Below are positions 27,771 through 32,000 of a stretch of 32,000 nt of DNA, piece by piece. Made by a program: the position numbers and the translations under genes. The DNA comes from Saccharolobus solfataricus (GTDB lineage: Archaea > Thermoproteota > Thermoprotei_A > Sulfolobales > Sulfolobaceae): assembly GCF_900079115.1 (NCBI RefSeq), contig NZ_LT549890.1, forward strand, positions 1-32,000, written 5' to 3'. The notes under the pieces were generated by a model. It worked only from the letters and a program-made list of their open reading frames with translations, was not told the DNA's origin and ran no database searches. Within the stretch, counting starts at the first letter, position 1. Each line of letters begins with the position of its first letter.

Positions 27771-28913
27771 ATGATAGATAACACACTCATCACAAAGCCG
27801 AGTTATGTTGCGCATAGTATGGATAAATTGAGCGATATTATTTCTAAGATGAAAGAAAACAAGATGTGGACTGTACCCGTTATCAAGGATAGGAAATTAA
27901 TAGGTTTGATCTCTTATAAAGATCTTCTTTCTAGAAGGGTGAGTCTAGAGACTAAAGCGATAAACATTATGAGTCCCAGTGTTACTGTACAAATTGATGA
28001 GGATATTAATAGATTAATTGCAAAATTCTATACTACTAAGGCTAGAGTAATACCAGTCATAAATGAGAAGCGGGAATTTATTGGTTTAGTAACAAGGGAG
28101 TCATTACTCTCGTATTTGCTGAAAGCAAACGAAATCCCAGAAAATAGGACTGCAAGAGAATACATGACCTCTCCAGCTACATCAATAGACGAAAACGATT
28201 CTATAGCCAGGGCAAGATGGTTAATGATAAGAGATAATATAAGCAGACTGCCAGCAACTAAAGAGTATAGACTAACTGGAATCATAAGTGCAAGAGACAT
28301 AGTTGATGCTTTGTACAGTGTAAGTGGAAGGAAAAGAGAGTCGATAATGAAAGATGAAGAAAGGGTTATGGCGATGCCAGTTAAAGAAATTATGAAGTAC
28401 CCGGTTATAACGGCAAATGGAAAAGACTCACTGACGGATGTAGTAGAGAAACTACTTAAATTTAGAATCTCTGGAATGCCCGTTATGGAAGGCGATAGAT
28501 TAAGCGGTGTAATAAGCGGATTAGATATTATTAAGGCAGTAGCTGAAAAAATGCAACTATCAATACCCATTGAAGCTAAAATACCTCAAGAGCTAAAATC
28601 CAACTTAGAGTTTAAGGCAAACATAGATGACATACTTGAAAGATATTTAAGTAAAATAGAAAGGTTAACCGAAGTTATAAACTTTAAGGTATCGTTTAAG
28701 GAAGAAATGAGGAGTAGTACGGGAAATAAAAAACTATATACTGCAATGGTAAGGGTAACTACTAAAATAGGTGATTATGTAGCTAGGGATACAGATTGGG
28801 AACCCGTAGTTGCGTTAAAGAATGCTGTAGAAAAAATAGAGGAAAGAATATTAAGAAAACTAAGAAAAATAGAAGAGAGTAACAAAAAAGGGATTAAGGC
28901 AGAAGAGGCTTGA
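27771..28913 (+). CDS. Four-CBS-domain protein with a C-terminal HPF/RaiA (ribosomal S30AE-type)-like domain
   Basis: Four CBS repeats, with boundaries read by eye at about aa 8-60, 65-118, 128-181 and 202-256. The C-terminal ~110 aa (IEAKIPQELKSNLEFKANIDDILERYLSKIERL...NFKVSFKEE...YTAMVRVTTKIGDYVARDTDWEPVVALKNAVEKIEERILRKLRK) follows the beta-alpha-beta-beta-beta-alpha sequence pattern of hibernation-promoting factors. Confidence 0.6.
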   Translation: MIDNTLITKPSYVAHSMDKLSDIISKMKENKMWTVPVIKDRKLIGLISYKDLLSRRVSLETKAINIMSPSVTVQIDEDINRLIAKFYTTKARVIPVINEKREFIGLVTRESLLSYLLKANEIPENRTAREYMTSPATSIDENDSIARARWLMIRDNISRLPATKEYRLTGIISARDIVDALYSVSGRKRESIMKDEERVMAMPVKEIMKYPVITANGKDSLTDVVEKLLKFRISGMPVMEGDRLSGVISGLDIIKAVAEKMQLSIPIEAKIPQELKSNLEFKANIDDILERYLSKIERLTEVINFKVSFKEEMRSSTGNKKLYTAMVRVTTKIGDYVARDTDWEPVVALKNAVEKIEERILRKLRKIEESNKKGIKAEEA

Positions 28914-29626
28914 AAATTGGAGTAGTGCAACCTTTAGAAGTTAAGTCAGCAATTTTACTAGCTGAAAAAGCATTAAAGGAGGGAGCAGAGCTAGTACTAT
29001 TACCAGAAAAATGGACAAGAAATATAGATGATGTACCACTGCTTGAATTTCAGAAATTAGCTAAAAGATACACCGCTTATATCTTACCTGGAGCATTTGA
29101 AGATGGAGTATCAGTAATCACTCCAATAATTGATGATAGTGGAAACCTAAAAGGAATAGCGAAGAAAATTCACCTATTTAATGAAGAAAGAGTGAGACTC
29201 ATTCCAGGTAATGAAGCAGTCCTCTTTACCTATAGAGGAATAAGGTTCGGAATCTCAATATGCTATGATATAGACTTCCCTGAAGTGGTCAGAGAATTAT
29301 TTTCTAAAGGAGCCGAGATAATATTGGTACCCTCAAAAATAAGAAGCAATGGTTTAGATATTTGGAATGAATTCCTTAGGATAAGAGTCTTGGAAAATAG
29401 GATAGGAATAGTAAACGCAAACGTATACAATCCACCAGATTTCCCTGGAAGAAGTGTGGCTATCGTTCCGGAACAGAGACAAGATGGTATTGTTATACCT
29501 AAAGTAGTAGGAGAATTAGGAAGTGAAGAAAGTTATATGATAGTTGATATAGACCCGTTAAAATACATGTATCTACGAGGAGATAGATTAAAAGAGTACG
29601 TCAAATTTACAGTTAAGGAATTATAA
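28910..29626 (+). CDS. Carbon-nitrogen hydrolase (nitrilase superfamily)
   Basis: Catalytic E (LPEKW), K (KKIHLF) and C (ISICYDIDFPE) triad context. TTG start overlaps the upstream stop (TTGA). Confidence 0.75.
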   Translation: MKIGVVQPLEVKSAILLAEKALKEGAELVLLPEKWTRNIDDVPLLEFQKLAKRYTAYILPGAFEDGVSVITPIIDDSGNLKGIAKKIHLFNEERVRLIPGNEAVLFTYRGIRFGISICYDIDFPEVVRELFSKGAEIILVPSKIRSNGLDIWNEFLRIRVLENRIGIVNANVYNPPDFPGRSVAIVPEQRQDGIVIPKVVGELGSEESYMIVDIDPLKYMYLRGDRLKEYVKFTVKEL

Positions 29627-30427
29627 GGGAATTTTATAAGCTAGACCTTCCGCTATTTCCTCCTTTAAAATCCTTTTGAACTTATAATCGTAATATAGTT
29701 CAAGCTTAAATCTAGGATGCAAAGTATCCCCCATAACTACCCTATCACCAGAAACCTTTCCGTTAATTATCCTAAAATCAAGACTTTCCCCTTCCCTAAT
29801 TACCAAAACTTCATTTTCATAAGGCAAAACATTCATAGAAACTAGAGAAGGAATTAGATAATAACTACTTGGTAATGTTAAATTTAATAAAACCTCCTTA
29901 TTAGATGATATTATTTTACTAACGACATTTGCATCAGTAAATATATTCCTTTTCCTGTTATGCGACTTAATTTTACCGTTTTCGAATTCTATAACAATAT
30001 CTTCCTCTTCTCTTGAGGCTACATGATCCTCTAACTCTTGAAAACTCCTATATGCCATAAAAGTAAACCTTACGACTCCCTTCATTATTAAAGCCTTAGG
30101 AGGTATAGTAGAATTATCGATAAATTTAACCTTCGTCTCTTTACTAATTGGAATTGCATAATATGGATAATATGCGAAATCGTCTTCCTTAATGCCTAAA
30201 GTTTTTGACGCATTCTTTACAAATAGGGTTCTATCAAATTTGTAATCTTCGTATATATTCTTGACTTTAGACTCCAGACTCTTCACTACGTTAGAAATTA
30301 TCTCATTTTCAAAATATGCATGAATAGCAAAAACTAAACTTAACTTGCTTGCATATTCTTTCGTTAATTCTAAAATTTTTGTAAGATTATCGTATTTTGA
30401 TAGAAGTTTAAGTGAATCCATCATCAA
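29621..30427 (-). CDS. Hypothetical protein (268 aa)
   Basis: Long ORF with a TATA-like AAGTATTTTAGGTTATA on the - strand ~25 nt upstream of the ATG. I recognise no motif. Confidence 0.5.
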   Translation of the reverse strand: MMMDSLKLLSKYDNLTKILELTKEYASKLSLVFAIHAYFENEIISNVVKSLESKVKNIYEDYKFDRTLFVKNASKTLGIKEDDFAYYPYYAIPISKETKVKFIDNSTIPPKALIMKGVVRFTFMAYRSFQELEDHVASREEEDIVIEFENGKIKSHNRKRNIFTDANVVSKIISSNKEVLLNLTLPSSYYLIPSLVSMNVLPYENEVLVIREGESLDFRIINGKVSGDRVVMGDTLHPRFKLELYYDYKFKRILKEEIAEGLAYKIPL

Positions 30428-30535
30428 TACTACTTTCTATAACCTAAAATACTTAACGAGACTCAGAAAACGTTAAAATCTTTGAGAAAAGGTAATTTTC
30501 GAAAACCTAGACCTTTCTACAATACTTAGTTAAAA

Positions 30536-30596
30536 AAAATGATGATGAGCGCGCCCTTATCGGATCATGTGAAGAATACCACCGGCACTGATTCTT
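30536..30596 (+). ncRNA. C/D box sRNA (2'-O-methylation guide), antisense to the 3' end of the 165-aa ORF
   Basis: C box ATGATGA (30542-30548; an overlapping alternative lies at 30539-30545). 12-nt guide GCGCGCCCTTAT. D' box CGGA (30561-30564, one mismatch). 4-nt spacer. C' box GTGAAGA (30569-30575). 12-nt guide ATACCACCGGCA. D box CTGA (30588-30591). Box spacing and C' variant are the same as in the sRNA at 23499-23556. Confidence 0.6.
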
Positions 30597-31054
30597 TCCA
30601 GAATTTCTTTTCTAGCAATTAATCTTATCTTATTAACGTCCCAAATTTTCTCTATGATTTCCATACTTTTTTTCTTAAAATTTTTACTTACGAATATTCT
30701 ACTCTCTAGACCCTTAGACTCTAGTAAGTCTTCTGGATCATAACCTTTGTTACTAATTCTTAAAATTATTTTACCTCCATCACAATTAATACAAACTCCA
30801 TCAATTCCGTATCTCGAAATTGGATATAATTTATGCCTAGGTGAATAGACTTTACCAGAAGGCATTACGTTATAAACAGCATCTAATCCCATCCTTAAGA
30901 ATGCCGCACATAAATTCTTACCAATTATTGGAAGATCCTCATAAAGGAACGCTATGTAGGCTGAAGCTATCTCTAAGTCATCTACACCTCTTCCCAATAG
31001 TATTTTTTTAAATTCATCAGAATAAATTATTGCACTATAGAGCTTCTCAAACAT
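30557..31054 (-). CDS. Hypothetical protein (165 aa), divergent from segA
   Basis: Long ORF. A TATA-like ATATTTATAT on the - strand lies ~30 nt upstream of the ATG. No recognised motif. Confidence 0.5.
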   Translation of the reverse strand: MFEKLYSAIIYSDEFKKILLGRGVDDLEIASAYIAFLYEDLPIIGKNLCAAFLRMGLDAVYNVMPSGKVYSPRHKLYPISRYGIDGVCINCDGGKIILRISNKGYDPEDLLESKGLESRIFVSKNFKKKSMEIIEKIWDVNKIRLIARKEILERISAGGILHMIR

Positions 31055-31134
31055 ACTTATACTTTTTAAAAATCTAGCATATAAATATTATCATTATAAT
31101 ATGGTGGACTCGTCAGTATTATCATGTAGAATTC

Positions 31135-31143
31135 CTTATTAAA
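31135..31143 (+). promoter_or_regulatory. TATA-like box for segAB
   Basis: CTTATTAAA is centred ~28 nt upstream of the segA ATG at 31168. Confidence 0.35.
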
Positions 31144-31159
31144 CGTTATAGATAGAAGA

Positions 31160-31167
31160 GTCTAGAC
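31160..31167. promoter_or_regulatory. Perfect 8-bp palindrome GTCTAGAC abutting the segA start codon (candidate SegB operator / centromere-like site)
   Basis: GTCTAGAC is its own reverse complement and ends 1 nt before the ATG. Related TCTAG(A/C) cores recur nearby, for example at ~31074 and 31729. Confidence 0.35.
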
Positions 31168-31830
31168 ATGATAGTCACAGTAATAAATCAGAAAGGAGGA
31201 GTAGGCAAAACAACGACTTCAGTAAATTTATCTTACTATTTAAGCAAGGAAAAGAAGACAGGATTGCTCGATTTGGACCCGGAAGGAGGAGCGACCATAT
31301 CTTATGGAATGAAAAGAGAACTTAAAGAGCTCCCATTAGGCGAAAAAAGTGTAAATATCTTTAATGTGGAAGTGTTTCCAGCACACATTGGACTGTTAAA
31401 GTTAGAATTGAATGGAGATGTAGAAGAAATTAGTAACAAAATTAAGGAAATAGGGAAACAGTTCGATTTCCTCGTTATAGATACTCCACCAAATCTGGGT
31501 ACGTTAGCAATATCAGCAATGTTGGTTGCTGACAGAATAGTTTCACCGGTAACACCACAACCCTTAGCACTAGAGGCAATAAAGAATCTCGACTCTAGAT
31601 TAAAGAGTATAGGGAAGAACGCTTATTCTTTTACAAATTTTTCAAAAAAGGTAGTTAAGCTAGATAATCTATCATCAGTAAAATTCACAGAAATTACAAT
31701 ACCACCCTCTAGATTATTCATTGAAGCTTCTAGACTAGGAGTTCCAGCGTTAAGATATGAGGAAGTTAGAATAAAGAAACCTAAGCTAGCTAACTATTAT
31801 CAGCAATTAGCAAAGGTGATTAGTGAATGA
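31168..31830 (+). CDS. segA: ParA/Soj-family Walker ATPase; ortholog of the Sulfolobus chromosome segregation protein SegA
   Basis: Deviant Walker A NQKGGVGKTTT, Walker A' LLDLDPEG and Walker B FLVIDTPP. Its 220-aa size and the overlapping downstream small acidic/basic gene match the segAB arrangement described for S. solfataricus. Confidence 0.8.
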   Translation: MIVTVINQKGGVGKTTTSVNLSYYLSKEKKTGLLDLDPEGGATISYGMKRELKELPLGEKSVNIFNVEVFPAHIGLLKLELNGDVEEISNKIKEIGKQFDFLVIDTPPNLGTLAISAMLVADRIVSPVTPQPLALEAIKNLDSRLKSIGKNAYSFTNFSKKVVKLDNLSSVKFTEITIPPSRLFIEASRLGVPALRYEEVRIKKPKLANYYQQLAKVISE

Positions 31831-32000
31831 GTGAATTAGATTTCCTATTGAAGAAGAAAAGAAAAAGTGAGGACGAAGAGAAAATCATTAATAATAACGA
31901 GAATGCAAAAAAAGAGGAAATTACAAATGAAGAGGAAAAAATTAAGAACGATATGTTGAAGTATATTGAGAAAGATCCAAAAATAGGTGTATGGAGTTAT
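31827..32000 (+). CDS. segB: SegB-like site-specific DNA-binding partner of SegA (5' partial, runs off the window)
   Basis: The ATG overlaps the segA stop (ATGA). The open frame runs to the window end: MSELDFLLKKKRKSEDEEKIINNNENAKKEEITNEEEKIKNDMLKYIEKDPKIGVWSY. The N-terminus is charged and low-complexity, as expected for a ParA-stimulating tail. Confidence 0.6.
   Translation, partial: MSELDFLLKKKRKSEDEEKIINNNENAKKEEITNEEEKIKNDMLKYIEKDPKIGVWSY

Noticed and set aside
146-31000. About 35 short (60-180 aa) ORFs in the track that lie antisense to or nested within the long ORFs. Examples: 146-331, 515-733, 1847-2035, 2651-3007, 3391-3927, 10012-10248, 11077-11331, 13601-13783, 15516-15722, 25641-25988 and 28028-28570.
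   Set aside because: Each is fully contained in a longer ORF that has clear family motifs. Their translations are low-complexity and Ser/Leu/Ile-rich, as expected from reading AT-rich coding DNA in the wrong frame. None has its own TATA at -26.
1-32000. Search for tRNA, rRNA, a CRISPR array or a complete IS/transposon.
   Set aside because: No GC-rich 70-90-nt cloverleaf-like islands or rRNA-like stretches were seen. There are no short regularly spaced repeats outside coding sequence. The only transposon-related gene, the TnpB-like ORF, lacks TnpA and recognisable ends.

Overview
This is a dense, AT-rich archaeal chromosomal window of about 35 real genes. Several features point to a Sulfolobales crenarchaeon, probably a Saccharolobus/Sulfolobus solfataricus-islandicus type. 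TATA-like boxes sit about 26 nt upstream of start codons, implying leaderless mRNAs. GTG and TTG starts are frequent, and NTGA stop/start overlaps are common. The gene content also fits: a GAT-QueC fusion, ThiDN, and the segA/segB partition pair at the right edge.

Most of the window is housekeeping or core metabolism:
- cofactor and nucleotide metabolism: ThiDN, ribokinase, PurT, MoaB, GAT-QueC
- peptidase and hydrolases: Xaa-Pro dipeptidase, a nitrilase-family hydrolase, two HDAC/AcuC-family deacetylases
- membrane functions: a TauE/SafE + DUF1634 exporter pair, a polyprenol-kinase-like protein, a UPF0126/TRIC membrane protein
- a FAD oxidoreductase

I found no rRNA, tRNA or CRISPR array, and no complete IS element.

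Features beyond the ORF track:
- two canonical C/D box sRNA genes, about 23499-23556 and 30536-30596, both on the + strand
- two sub-60-aa ORFs: a 59-aa winged-helix-like ORF on the - strand, and a low-confidence 51-aa hydrophobic ORF
- the 5' part of segB
- perfect intragenic DNA repeats inside a 974-aa modular surface glycoprotein gene
- a GTCTAGAC palindrome abutting the segA start

I see no recognisable defence island. The observations most worth follow-up are:
- a 4xCBS protein fused to an HPF/RaiA-like (S30AE-type) C-terminal domain
- a compact 282-aa TnpB-like RuvC/zinc-ribbon protein with no TnpA and no room for a conventional downstream guide RNA
- a DEAH/DUF1998 helicase translationally coupled to a FAD-like/2x[4Fe-4S] protein
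- a stand-alone Cas4-like nuclease coupled to a processive-type GT2
- orphan PD-(D/E)XK proteins
- a roughly 490-660 bp non-coding gap

All functional calls rest on motifs read by eye. No database search was run.
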